A stretch of DNA of 64,000 nucleotides from Histomonas meleagridis 2922-C6/04-290x (taxonomy: Eukaryota; Protista; Parabasalia): positions 124,001 to 188,000 of the forward strand of contig JAANOX010000273.1 of the NCBI GenBank assembly GCA_020184695.1, given 5' to 3'. This document shows positions 33,931-45,260 of the stretch, piece by piece; the first letter of the stretch is position 1; the number at the start of each line of letters is the position of its first letter. The notes beneath the pieces were generated by a model. That model ran no database searches and had not been told where the DNA came from. It saw nothing but the letters and a program-made list of their open reading frames with translations. A program made the translations under genes and the position numbers.

Positions 33931-35005
33931 TCTCCTTGTTGGAATTTTCAGTAAATTTAAGATGTTCTCCAAGTTTTCTTACTTATCACCACCAAGTCTA
34001 TCATAATTAGTATGTTGTACGGGTAGAATAACTAAAAAATGCATATGTGTCAGGGCCACATTGATGGAAGTATGATCTAGGTCTACAATTTTGGAATGAA
34101 TAGTTCATACATTGAAAAAGTTATTGTTGAAATTTAGCGCCATTTCTACCAATGGTGAAGCATCTCTAACACCACTAATCTCATGCTCATCGCTAATTTC
34201 AATGCTTATTACTAATTGCATACTCATCACTCATCACACACAAAATTCTTTTCGATTTTGACTCCATTTCTAAGATTTTTTTGACCAACTCTTTGCAAGA
34301 AATCTTAAACATTGCAATGTTTTCTTCATTTGCACTCACCTTTGATTTACAAGAATTCATCCAAGCTCAGAGTTGTTGATGGGTGTGCTGCTCCCCTATC
34401 TCCAACAGAAAAGAAGAAAAGAAAGAGGAAGGGGTATTTATATGGTTGGCATGTGATTTTGATGATCTCTCCGATTAAATAAAGAATGAATTATTCAAGA
34501 TTCTGTTTTTTATTCTCATTCGTTGGTGATATTTGCATTAAAGGTAAGTAATATTTCTTCGAAAATTGGAATGAATATACAGAATCTCTAATTTGGCGCC
34601 TAATTCTATTTTTTGATGGACCTTGAATAACATTTTAATAAAATAGATCAAGAATGCATTTTATCACCAAAGTCATTGACATTTTTATATAAAAAAACTT
34701 GGAAGATTTCATTCGTCGAAAAAAACCGCAAATAAAGTATGTAAAATATTGATTCACTTTGATTCAAAATATTTTATGAGATAATTCATTCCAAAATTGT
34801 ATACATCAGCGAAAGGTTTATTGACATAAATCATTCAAAAAGTTGCGGGATGAAGTTTTAGTACATGGGCATATTACACATGTAGTTACTAAATTCGAAA
34901 ATGATTTTGTTGCGAAATATATTGAAATGTTAATATTATTAGAATTTCAGGCAATGAAAGAGTTTATAAAAAATAACAAATTATCATAACAATATTTACT
35001 TTATA

Positions 35006-36031
35006 TCATTTTAGTTCTAGGTTTTTTATCAGATCTTTATATTTTGGGAAGTTCTTTGCAGTAAGGAACTTTAAATCCCTCTTTGAAACGGGTAACCTTA
35101 TGAAAGGGTCTATTTTATCATCTTTTAATATTTTTATCCATGTCTCATAATTTAAAACAGTCCCAAACTCCGACATTACTGGGACCGTTAACATCTTTGT
35201 TGTTATTGGATCTTTGTATCCGAACAAAGGGTTTTCAATCATATATCTGACCAACTTATATGATTTATCTCCGACATAAGATCTATCATTATCATAACAA
35301 AACAAGATTCCTGCAATATGTCTCAATTCATCGCGCTTAACTCCTTCGGTGCTTGATTTTTGCCCTTCTCTCTTCTGTTTTCTTCCTTTTTGTACATCGA
35401 TCTTAACGTGCTTCAGGAGACCGTTATTTTTCATTCTTAACACCATTGTCTTTATTTGGAAAGGCTTCTTTCCTATTCGCTCAGCGACTTCTTCCCATGA
35501 ACGAATGACTTTCAGGTTTTCGCAAATTGAAATAAGACGCATTTTTTCTTCTTCAGACCAATGTTTGGCGGAGTGTGGTGAGCCTGAATTTTCGTAAGAG
35601 TCATCATCTTCTTCTGAAGAGCTACTCTCAGATTCATCTGTTGATTCTTTTTGTTGAGTTTGTTGTTGAGGACTTGAATATAATTCAATCTTTTTGTAAT
35701 TCGAAGGTTTAAATTTTGACATGTTAGTAGCATCAAATCCGAGGTTTTCAGCTTGTTTGTAAAGTTCAATTATAAAATTGGGGACTTTTAAAGCATCTAG
35801 CAATTTGGCAATATCACCTGAACACATCTCGTATGCAATAAAAAACAATACAGGATTACCTTTAGGATATATTCTATATAATTCATCAAGATTTTCATTT
35901 ACAAGTTTTATTTGAATAAGCTTATTTTTAATTTTAACGTTTTGAACATATTGAACAACAGCAGGATCTAGGCCTGGAGGAGGTGGAGGAATCAAAAATT
36001 CGACATCCTCGAGTTTAAGTTGCTCCCCCAT
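35006..36031 (-). CDS. Myb/SANT-domain protein with C-terminal U-box-like domain
   Basis: KHWSEEEKMRLISICE...SWEEVAERIGK (Myb) and YKDPITTKMLTVPVMSEFGTVLNYETW...DPFIRLPVSKRDL (U-box pattern). Confidence 0.75.
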   Translation of the reverse strand: MGEQLKLEDVEFLIPPPPPGLDPAVVQYVQNVKIKNKLIQIKLVNENLDELYRIYPKGNPVLFFIAYEMCSGDIAKLLDALKVPNFIIELYKQAENLGFDATNMSKFKPSNYKKIELYSSPQQQTQQKESTDESESSSSEEDDDSYENSGSPHSAKHWSEEEKMRLISICENLKVIRSWEEVAERIGKKPFQIKTMVLRMKNNGLLKHVKIDVQKGRKQKREGQKSSTEGVKRDELRHIAGILFCYDNDRSYVGDKSYKLVRYMIENPLFGYKDPITTKMLTVPVMSEFGTVLNYETWIKILKDDKIDPFIRLPVSKRDLKFLTAKNFPKYKDLIKNLELK

Positions 36032-36426
36032 CCAGCAGATTCTGAAAGACCAAATTTATATTCAAAAATTGTCTAATGGCAGTTTTTGACCAGAATTATT
36101 GAACAAGAAATTTCTGCCATTCTTGGTTAAGGTTTTCGCATTCTTCTTACTAATAAAAAGCATAAAAAATCAAACTTTGATTAAGCCCTAGTTTATTTAT
36201 TATAAAAGTATGTGAAAAAAGAGATTTTATCTAATGAGGTAAGAAGAAAGATAAAAGAACTTTCCTGAAAACGATTGTTTTTTCTTCAAATTTTGAATTG
36301 GTTATATGCTTCTTGAGAATTTTAACTTTTGATAAATTTATGAAAAGTGGATGCTAAATATAAATAGTTTACTACATCTGAGTCTTTTTCACATTTTTAT
36401 AGGATTTCATACGTTGAAAACAATCG

Positions 36427-38160
36427 TTACGCAGCTGCCTTTGGCTGGTCTACTCCTTGCTGCTGTCTGTTATCTTCATGATTATTATTGTTTTGTTCAT
36501 TAAAATTGTCCAAAAGTGATTGCTTCTTTTGGTCTCTTTTTTCGCTCATTGTTATTACCATTTGCGTTAGGAATGCTAATGCCAACAGCACAACAAATCC
36601 ATCAGCACCAAAGAACAAATAAACCAAAAATGCCAAAAATACAGCAATAAAACGGGGCGCCTTTGGATGCCTAAAAGCAGTTTCAAATGATATTACTCCA
36701 TCTTCATCGAAAAGAGGAGGAAGAACATTACTATCTTTTTCAATAACAAATGTTGTATACAATGTTTTGATTGGTGCCTCTGGGTTTGATCCAAATGTCA
36801 TTGGTGTGAAAGGCATCTTTGTGCTCATCTGCTTTGACATTTGTACAAATGTCTTGTCATCAATTTCTTTCTTTTCTGTCTGTGGTTCTATCGTTTCGGT
36901 TTTCGGTTGTGAAAAAGTGACAACAAACTGTTGTTCGCCCGTTTGAGTGACATCAAATGACGGCTTGAAAGTATCAGTGCCAATTGCAAGTGAATCAGTA
37001 GGGCTTTGCGGTAGCATGGGATTGTCAAAGTCAGAAAATGTGTCGTTTTTGTCATATATTGGTGTATTTGACTTCAACAATTCGGAATCGGCAGGAGCAA
37101 AAGTAGAAGTACCTTTGGTTGACACAATAAATGTGGATGATTGAGTTTGCGGTTCCTCTTTGGGAGCTTCTTTTTCGGGTTTCTCGATCTTTTGAAGAAG
37201 TTCAGCCATAGTCTCTTGGCGATCGAGTCGTTCTGCACGCTTTATAAAGGGATGTTCGAGGAGTTGCTCAATTGTCCATCGAGAGTTCTGATCTTTAATT
37301 GCACAATGAGATACAAAGTCAGTGAACTCTTCAGAATGCAAATCAGGGAAACGGTAGCCAGGGAAACCCTTAGTTGCAATGTCAATCATTGCTTTAGTTG
37401 GAGGAAATTCGACATATGGTGGGGCACCTTCAGATAATTCAACAGCTGTCATACCAATACTCCAAACATCGGCCGGATAACTGTACGGAATCCCACAGAT
37501 TACTTCTGGTGCCATCCAGTAAGGAGTTCCAACAATTGTTACTGTATTTTTACCATTTGAATCAAACTGACGAGAAACACCAAAATCTGCGATTTTAATT
37601 TCGCCATTAGCTGTGAGTAAAAGGTTCGCTGCTTTGATATCTCTGTGGATGATGTGAAATTTATTGTGGATGAGTTGCATTCCATGAAGAAGATCACTCA
37701 TGACGATTGAGATTTGATCTTCGCTGAGAACTTTTTCTCTAGCATCGAGTATATCACGGAGTGAGCCTTTGTTACAATACTCCATTAATATCATTAAAGA
37801 CCCTTCAAATGGAACACTACCATAATATCTAACAGTATACTTGGAATCTACTTCTCGCATAAGTTGGATTTCGTGTTGTAATTCTTGTTTAGAGTTTTCT
37901 GTGACAAGTGTTGGATTAATAATTTTTCCTGCAAGAACTTTCATTGATGGGCGATGAAGAATTGTAGAAACTGTACCAAAGCCACCTTGGCCTATAACTT
38001 TAAGTTTTGAAAATATTGTTAGAGGATCAACAGATTCATCAAAAGACCAGTTTAAGTCTTTATCTACATGGACTTCGTGTCTGACTTCAAGAGGTCCGGA
38101 TATTCCTAATGTTATTTCTGATGGTTTTGTGCCAAAGCGTTTTAGAAATCTTTTAAACAT
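36427..38160 (-). CDS. STE20-family Ser/Thr kinase with N-terminal CRIB motif and C-terminal hydrophobic segments
   Basis: CRIB-like ISGPLEVRHEVHV; kinase motifs GQGGFG, HRDIKAANLL, DFG and STE20 signature GTPYWMAPE; hydrophobic RFIAVFLAFLVYLFFGADGFVVLLALAFLTQMVI near the C-terminus. Confidence 0.9.
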   Translation of the reverse strand: MFKRFLKRFGTKPSEITLGISGPLEVRHEVHVDKDLNWSFDESVDPLTIFSKLKVIGQGGFGTVSTILHRPSMKVLAGKIINPTLVTENSKQELQHEIQLMREVDSKYTVRYYGSVPFEGSLMILMEYCNKGSLRDILDAREKVLSEDQISIVMSDLLHGMQLIHNKFHIIHRDIKAANLLLTANGEIKIADFGVSRQFDSNGKNTVTIVGTPYWMAPEVICGIPYSYPADVWSIGMTAVELSEGAPPYVEFPPTKAMIDIATKGFPGYRFPDLHSEEFTDFVSHCAIKDQNSRWTIEQLLEHPFIKRAERLDRQETMAELLQKIEKPEKEAPKEEPQTQSSTFIVSTKGTSTFAPADSELLKSNTPIYDKNDTFSDFDNPMLPQSPTDSLAIGTDTFKPSFDVTQTGEQQFVVTFSQPKTETIEPQTEKKEIDDKTFVQMSKQMSTKMPFTPMTFGSNPEAPIKTLYTTFVIEKDSNVLPPLFDEDGVISFETAFRHPKAPRFIAVFLAFLVYLFFGADGFVVLLALAFLTQMVITMSEKRDQKKQSLLDNFNEQNNNNHEDNRQQQGVDQPKAAA

Positions 38161-39134
38161 TTTGGAGTTGTATGATCATATTCAATTGAATTCTTATGTG
38201 ATGTGAAAACAGGTAAATTAAATAAAGTTGAGAAATTTCTTTGAATTTACGTTAGGATGGAAAAAAAATTTTTGTCTGATTTCAGCAAAGATTTTTCTTC
38301 TTTGTAGGAGCATAAAGGAATTCATTGTTCAAAATTAGAAATTGAAACTTTCATGAAAGTTCCCATGAAAAACCCTACGTAGGCGGGATAAACACCTGGT
38401 ACACCAATTTTTTTATAAAATAATATAAAACTCAACCTTCGATTTTGTACGATATTACGATCATCCTACGATACCGATATTATGAATATATGATAAACAT
38501 ACATAATTGCATCTATGATTAATAAGAAGCTAATAATAATATCCTTATTGGGACGAGATAAATTTATTCTTTCATTCCGAAAAGTGTCAAAATTCGATTT
38601 TTGCATAGTTTACATTGGACGATAACTGCAATGATAAAGGACGATATAGAAACGATAGATGAACGATAAAACCTGTTTCTAAGTTTAAATCAAGTATTCT
38701 ATATGATTGGTAAAAAGAAAAAAATATTCGATTATACTTTTTATTTATTATAATAGAACCATTTGAATCATTTCCAGATCTTGGTTTTGTAGTAATTTTT
38801 TAAGTTTTGAGAAAAATAATTTAAACTTGGATATTAAACTCTAATTATTTTATTTTTTTATAACTTATTATTAATGTGAATAGTATTGTTTCCACTTTTC
38901 TTGTATTTCAATCAAATCGATAAAAACTAACTGTTACTCAATCTTTTTTCTTTTCAAAATCAATAACAGCAAATCGAATCTGTTTAAGAAAATCATAATA
39001 ATTTGTTTTTAATAATTCATTTTGTTACACTAATCAAAATGTCGATGCACATATTGGAACTAATTTTTTCAGTTAGAATTTATTCATTGGAAATGAAAAA
39101 CGAATAATTTATATAAATTTTTATTTAATAACAA

Positions 39135-42100
39135 TTATAAAATTATATTTCCTTCATCTTCATTCATTTTTTGTACCCAATAAATAGAAATCTTTTTACC
39201 GTTAAAGTTATCGAATTCGTTTTCGAATTGCACGTCAAATCCCTGCTGTATGATCAGCTGATGTACTTCTCTTGTTATGTTTACTCTATTTTCCACTCCA
39301 TTTGCTGCCAATAACTGAGCTGTGTTCATAGTTTGTCCGAACACTTCATAAATTGGCGCATTTGCTTCAACTAAATCAGCGAAACATGGACCATCGCAAT
39401 GAATTCCGCAACAAATTTCGATATTTTTCACGTCATTTAATACTTCGTTAATAAAATTCAATGCGAAACTTACGATTTTTACAGCTTGTTCAGTCAATGA
39501 AATTTGCGCATTAAAAATACCGGAAATAATTCGAAATGTTTGAATATTATGACCGAAGAAAGTAAATTCTGAATTAATTTTTAATAAATTTTGTAAAATG
39601 TTTTGAACTTTATTAATTTGTTTTGACTTTAACACGTCATTATTTTTCGATTTAAGAATAAATGAAATTATAATAATCTTTTGTAATATTAAAGGTGTTA
39701 TATCATTATTACTTAAATATAATTTAGCGATTTGATATGGTATTAATTGTACTGTTAACACTCGAACTCGATTAGCTTCATAATTTAATTGTGAAATTAT
39801 CGAATTAATTTGTGTAATGTCTTCAACTATTACTCCATAATTTATAATTTTATCATTAAATTCAATCCGTTTCTTTAATGGTATAAATTTTAATTCAAGT
39901 AATACATTTGTATTATTAATGTTTTCTGATTGAATATTAATATGTAAAACAAATTTCGAATTTGGTGGAAAAGTTGCGTTTTTAATATTTTGATTAATAA
40001 TTATTTCTTCTAGTGTATATGGTGAAGAATATTGTTCAAGAATAGTTAATAAATTTGTGTTATCATTAATTTGTAATTTCGATTGTGCTGAATAAGTTAA
40101 TCCAATAATATCATTATTCGAATCACATAATATAATTGAATCACTTAAAAATTGAAATGAATTTTCTTTATCATTAAAGAATTGTTCAATATTAATAGTA
40201 CTAATATTAATTTCATTATTCTTTTCTGTTAATGCGGATAAGTTATTAATAATTTTAGGTGGTATAGTCGACAAAAATGAATAAGAAAAGTCATCATAAC
40301 TATAAAAGTTATATAAATAATTTTTATATATTAAATAATATAAAACAAAAAATATTATCACAACACAAAACAAATAAAAAATCGTTATATTAAAGATTTG
40401 ATCAGAAGATTCAGCATTATAAAATATTATTTCATTAACTGTTGGTACATATTCTGAAAAAACATTAAAAATCGAACCTAACATTTCAACAAAGAACTCA
40501 TTATTAAATGCACTATAATTATATTCAGTTAAAATCATTAAAACAGTATAAATCGTTGGTAAGAAATTATGTATCGAACTTAATAATGACGTATTCATTG
40601 CTGAATTAATATTATAACTTGTTCTAAGATTAGATTTTGTAATTGTTCCATTAACAGATAAAATTGAATCTAATAAAGTTTGAAGTGTATAAATATGTTG
40701 ATATAAATTATTAATTAATAAATATTTATTAGTTTCAAGTTCTGTTATGTTTTGACTTAATAAAATAATATAATGAAATAATTTATATCCAATAATTTCA
40801 TAATAAATTGGTATTGATAATTCATATGAAGATGAATATACAAAATTATTTAATGCTGAAACTTGATATTGATCGAATATATAAAATATTGGTATAAAGA
40901 TTACAAATGATAGAAGATGAAAAACAATTAACCAAAAAATAAATATTTTCGTTTTAGATTTAGTTGACGTATAATTATTCGATTCATTTTGATATGATAA
41001 TAACGTAATATTAAATTTTAATTTTGGATCAATATGTTCTTTAGCTTGAAATTTAGATAACATTTTTGTACCTAATTTATTTATAAGTTGTGAAATTTCA
41101 ATTTTAGGTAATAATAATAAAATCTTAAAGAATTTATTATAATAATTTTGTAAAATTAATATTGAAACTATAGTTGTAATTAATGATAAGATTAGTAATA
41201 TTAAACAGATAATTATCATGAAAAATAAATTGTTTTCATTATCACTAATTGTATTTTTACGTGCTGTTTTAGGATATTCTATTAAACCATTTAAAACAGG
41301 TTTTAATAATTTATCAATTAAGAAAAATGAATCATAATCAAAAAACTTTAACATATTATTTGACGTATCATTTAAATAAATTGATAAATCAATTGATACC
41401 AAATTAATAATTGAATAATATGAAGAATTAAAATTAGTATTTCTTATTGTAATATTATAAATTTTTCGAAAACTTTCATCGAAATAATTAAAGAATTCAT
41501 TATTATATATAACATTAATCATTTCATTTGAATTATTTGAATATTTATTATATAAATTAAATGCATCAGCTCGAGGATCATTTAATTCAGTTATAAACCA
41601 TCGATTATTAAATATATATTTACTAAAATTAATATTTAAGATTTCATTATCATTGATAGTAATGATTGGAAATAAGAATACAAATGAACCAATTGGATAA
41701 ATTGTATTAATAATTTTTTCTTCATTTTTCCATAAATTAATATATGTATTCCTTTGTGAGATAAATAATAAAAATATTAAAATCACCATAATAATAATAA
41801 CTATAAATTGTATTACAAATATTATATGTTCGATAAGTGAAATTTGTTCTCGTTGAAATTCAGTAAATTGTTCAATAGCTAAGTTTTGATCAACATCAAA
41901 TTTTTCTTCAATAAAAAATGACTTTAAAAATGTATTATCAATATTTGATACTATAGTTTTTGTATCTTTTAAAATTGATCCAATTAATGAATGTTTTTGA
42001 TAATTTTTATGTTGTTTTAAATTAATTTTACACATATCTCTAAATCGTTTAAATTGTTCAAATTTTATTGAACTTTTACCTAATGAAACATATAAATTTT

Positions 42101-43526
42101 CAACAATTATATACTTTTCACATACAAATTGACCTAAACTTACAAGTCTTTCTTTATAACCCAATAAAACTTCGGTCCAAAACATATGTAATGACATAAA
42201 ATAATCATCAATAGTCTTATTAACAAAATTAATTATTGATATATTATCAGAACAATCGAAAATATTAAAATAAACTGATTCTAAAAATGCTAAACTTAAA
42301 TCAATGAAATAATCATTTTTCGAAATAGAATTTAATTCATTTATTATCATTGGTATTTTATAATGTTGATTCTTAAATGGAATTACAAATTTAGCATAGA
42401 TTAACATGCGACTATATTGATTAGGAAATTGACGTCTTAACCATTCTAAACTTGAATAATTCCCATTAAATGTTCGACAAATTGTTGATGAAATTAATAA
42501 AAATGTATATTTCGAAACTTTAGTATAATCATTCGTTCGTTGACATTGTAATAATATATTGTCTAAATAATTAATTCGTTTATTAACTATAAATTTAATT
42601 ATATAATAAAATGGTATAGAAATAAAGAATAATATTTGTAAAACATATTCTGGTCTTAATGAATAATGATTAAATAATGCAACTAATATCGATGAAATAA
42701 ACCCAATAAAAAATACAAAAAGACTGATAGTATTAGTGAATCGTGTAGTATATGGAACAACATATAATAGAAATATAAAATTAACTAAAAGAAAAAAACC
42801 TATAAAGACTGGAATGATTAAATCAGATTGAACAAATTTGATTTCACCAATCGCAGATGGGATAAAATATGATACAATATATATAATAAAATCGGTCGTT
42901 TGCCATGTTGAGGCTGGATATTGAATAAATGATGGAAATACATGAAGAATAATTCGTTCAAAATAAACTAATTCACCATATATAATAGTGGATATACAAA
43001 GAAGAATTAACATTTCTATCGAATATGCTTGTGTAGTAGTAGAAGCAGAATAAAAAAATAAGGATATTGATGGAATTATTAAAATTCGAGCTAACGCTAA
43101 ACAAATTAATGAAGTGCATTGTGCAAGCCGCCGTTTCCCTGGTTGATGATAATGATATCTATAAATTGTGAAAATCAATATGCCTGCTAAAATTAAAGAT
43201 ATGGTAAATAAGGTAATACTTGCATAGTAATGCGTCTCTCGTGATGATCCAGATGGAACAAGACGTGTTATAACATTTAAAATGTTTAATGGTTTTTGGA
43301 ATTTTTCAAATTTATCCCAAAAATCACGATATGTAAAAAAGAAACATGAAACAAAGAACTGAATAAAGGTAGCAAGACTGATAAATGTTAAAAATTTTTG
43401 ATAAATTTGATTATTTGATCGAATATCGAATATTATATATATTAACCTTGAGAACTTGGGTAGGCGGACAAAAATAGGGACGTAATTTGGAAATCGTACG
43501 TCAACAATTTGCTGTTCATATGACAT
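39135..43526 (-). CDS. Second multi-pass TM/PAS-like protein with degenerate class III cyclase domain
   Basis: Same architecture as 2606-7147: TM clusters, PAS-like DSIILCDSNNDIIGL, and a cyclase tail CGIHCDGPCFADLV...YEVFGQTMNTAQLLAANG. Confidence 0.8.
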   Translation of the reverse strand: MSYEQQIVDVRFPNYVPIFVRLPKFSRLIYIIFDIRSNNQIYQKFLTFISLATFIQFFVSCFFFTYRDFWDKFEKFQKPLNILNVITRLVPSGSSRETHYYASITLFTISLILAGILIFTIYRYHYHQPGKRRLAQCTSLICLALARILIIPSISLFFYSASTTTQAYSIEMLILLCISTIIYGELVYFERIILHVFPSFIQYPASTWQTTDFIIYIVSYFIPSAIGEIKFVQSDLIIPVFIGFFLLVNFIFLLYVVPYTTRFTNTISLFVFFIGFISSILVALFNHYSLRPEYVLQILFFISIPFYYIIKFIVNKRINYLDNILLQCQRTNDYTKVSKYTFLLISSTICRTFNGNYSSLEWLRRQFPNQYSRMLIYAKFVIPFKNQHYKIPMIINELNSISKNDYFIDLSLAFLESVYFNIFDCSDNISIINFVNKTIDDYFMSLHMFWTEVLLGYKERLVSLGQFVCEKYIIVENLYVSLGKSSIKFEQFKRFRDMCKINLKQHKNYQKHSLIGSILKDTKTIVSNIDNTFLKSFFIEEKFDVDQNLAIEQFTEFQREQISLIEHIIFVIQFIVIIIMVILIFLLFISQRNTYINLWKNEEKIINTIYPIGSFVFLFPIITINDNEILNINFSKYIFNNRWFITELNDPRADAFNLYNKYSNNSNEMINVIYNNEFFNYFDESFRKIYNITIRNTNFNSSYYSIINLVSIDLSIYLNDTSNNMLKFFDYDSFFLIDKLLKPVLNGLIEYPKTARKNTISDNENNLFFMIIICLILLILSLITTIVSILILQNYYNKFFKILLLLPKIEISQLINKLGTKMLSKFQAKEHIDPKLKFNITLLSYQNESNNYTSTKSKTKIFIFWLIVFHLLSFVIFIPIFYIFDQYQVSALNNFVYSSSYELSIPIYYEIIGYKLFHYIILLSQNITELETNKYLLINNLYQHIYTLQTLLDSILSVNGTITKSNLRTSYNINSAMNTSLLSSIHNFLPTIYTVLMILTEYNYSAFNNEFFVEMLGSIFNVFSEYVPTVNEIIFYNAESSDQIFNITIFYLFCVVIIFFVLYYLIYKNYLYNFYSYDDFSYSFLSTIPPKIINNLSALTEKNNEINISTINIEQFFNDKENSFQFLSDSIILCDSNNDIIGLTYSAQSKLQINDNTNLLTILEQYSSPYTLEEIIINQNIKNATFPPNSKFVLHINIQSENINNTNVLLELKFIPLKKRIEFNDKIINYGVIVEDITQINSIISQLNYEANRVRVLTVQLIPYQIAKLYLSNNDITPLILQKIIIISFILKSKNNDVLKSKQINKVQNILQNLLKINSEFTFFGHNIQTFRIISGIFNAQISLTEQAVKIVSFALNFINEVLNDVKNIEICCGIHCDGPCFADLVEANAPIYEVFGQTMNTAQLLAANGVENRVNITREVHQLIIQQGFDVQFENEFDNFNGKKISIYWVQKMNEDEGNIIL

Positions 43527-44926
43527 GAAAACCCCAAGCCCTTTTTAACGAACTTCCGATTTTTGATAACAGTCATCAAAACATAAATAAAAAGTATTCA
43601 AAAACGACCCCAAATTTTCTTATCGTATAATATCGAAAGTTCGAACTTTTTGGGAAAATAATTAATAGTGAAGTGTTGTAGTTAAACCAAAAATTGTTCG
43701 TGTATGTCTAACAAACGAAGTTACTCGAATATGTAATTTGTATTTTTAATCATTATAACACAGGAAATATCAATTATTTTTGTTTTATTGATTTATCAAA
43801 TAAATCACTTTGTGCTTTCCTTGTAAAAACGATCACCCCATAACATGTAAGGTTCGTAAATGCAAATATGGGCAACGTTAAATTTTTTGATTGTTATTTC
43901 CACTTTTCAACGTTGGGCGTGAAAAAAACGTAACGAAGGCCCGTTACTTTTTTTGGACGTCGAGAAAAGTGATGTTTCTCGTAACGTTGAAAAACCGCCG
44001 TGCGATAGACGTCACTTCCCTAAACTTCGAGAAAAGTGGGGTATCGGCAAGATGATCATCTGACAGTCAAACGAAGGGAACGATCAATAAATGTACGTAA
44101 ATATAAAAAAAACGAAACAATCAGAAAGTGAAATAAAATAAATAATATACTAAAAACGAAGAATAATGACACGGGATGAAAATTTATTCACATCATTTTT
44201 AATTGATAGGATACAATTAACATGAAGCATGCATTGATATCACAGATAGCATTTATAATCAATAATTTATTATCGGTTGGTTATTGGCGCTTAGTTTTAT
44301 CGCCAATTTTTAGAGACCAAGTTTTGCCGCTAAATTATTTCATTTTAATGACTATGCAATGCAATTACATATTTACAAAAAATTCATGAAGATGAAACAT
44401 ATTTCTTTTTGACAATTATCAAAAATATATTTAAGAATTTGAATATCAATACATTAATATCATGTCCTACAATTATTTAAGATACATTAAATTCATAAAT
44501 TTCGAAATGTATTTTAGAAAAGTTATAATTTATCAAATTTATATGTATTATCGAAGCATATAAAAAAAAGAATTAAGAACTGATTGATTCTATTTATATT
44601 TTCGAAATATAAATTTCAAAGAAATAAATTTTAATCAACCTCAAATATTAATAATTTTCCAATTTTTCTGTTAACAATAAAAATCTATTATTAACAAATC
44701 ATAATATTACTTATTTTTTATATGTCTCAGATCTGATAATATTATTGTTATTTACTTCGAATGGAATATTTCATTGATTTTTCGAAGCTTGAATTAAATC
44801 ATAAAAGTTTTGATATTTTATTAAATTATCTGATTAATCAAAATTTTGCTTTTAAACATTATTAATGGAATCGTCATTTAATCAAATTTTTGGTTTTTTT
44901 GCATATATTCACAAATTAATTTATTA

Positions 44927-45260
44927 GGGTATCAAAAATTCATGTGATCACCATTGTTTCTATCTACTCCTCTTAGGCTTTCGGGTATAGGCTTCATCAG
45001 ATTACTTATGAGCTCTTGGGTAATACTTTCCCATACGTCGGTTATGCATTTGATTAAGTCTTATTTTGTTTTGGGTTCTAATTCGGATACATTTGCTTTA
45101 TTATGTGCCATAGATTTTCTATGGGATTTCAGTCAGGAGATATTGATCTACATTCGTAATGCGCTGTGTATCCGTATTACTCAATCGTTGGTGGGAGGCA
45201 AGCATGCACCACCTCAAGGCAATAGCCTGAAGTTGTGCACAACTTGCAATTGCATGCAAT
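44927..45260 (-). pseudogene. Tc1-like transposase C-terminal relic with probable terminal repeat
   Basis: The minus frame reads SISPD*NPIENLWHIIKANVSELEPKTK*DLIKCITDVWESI...GVDRNNGDH (Tc1 SPDLNPIENLW). It ends next to TA|GGGTATCAAAAATTCATGTG at 44925-44946, a likely TIR; no partner TIR was found. Confidence 0.75.
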
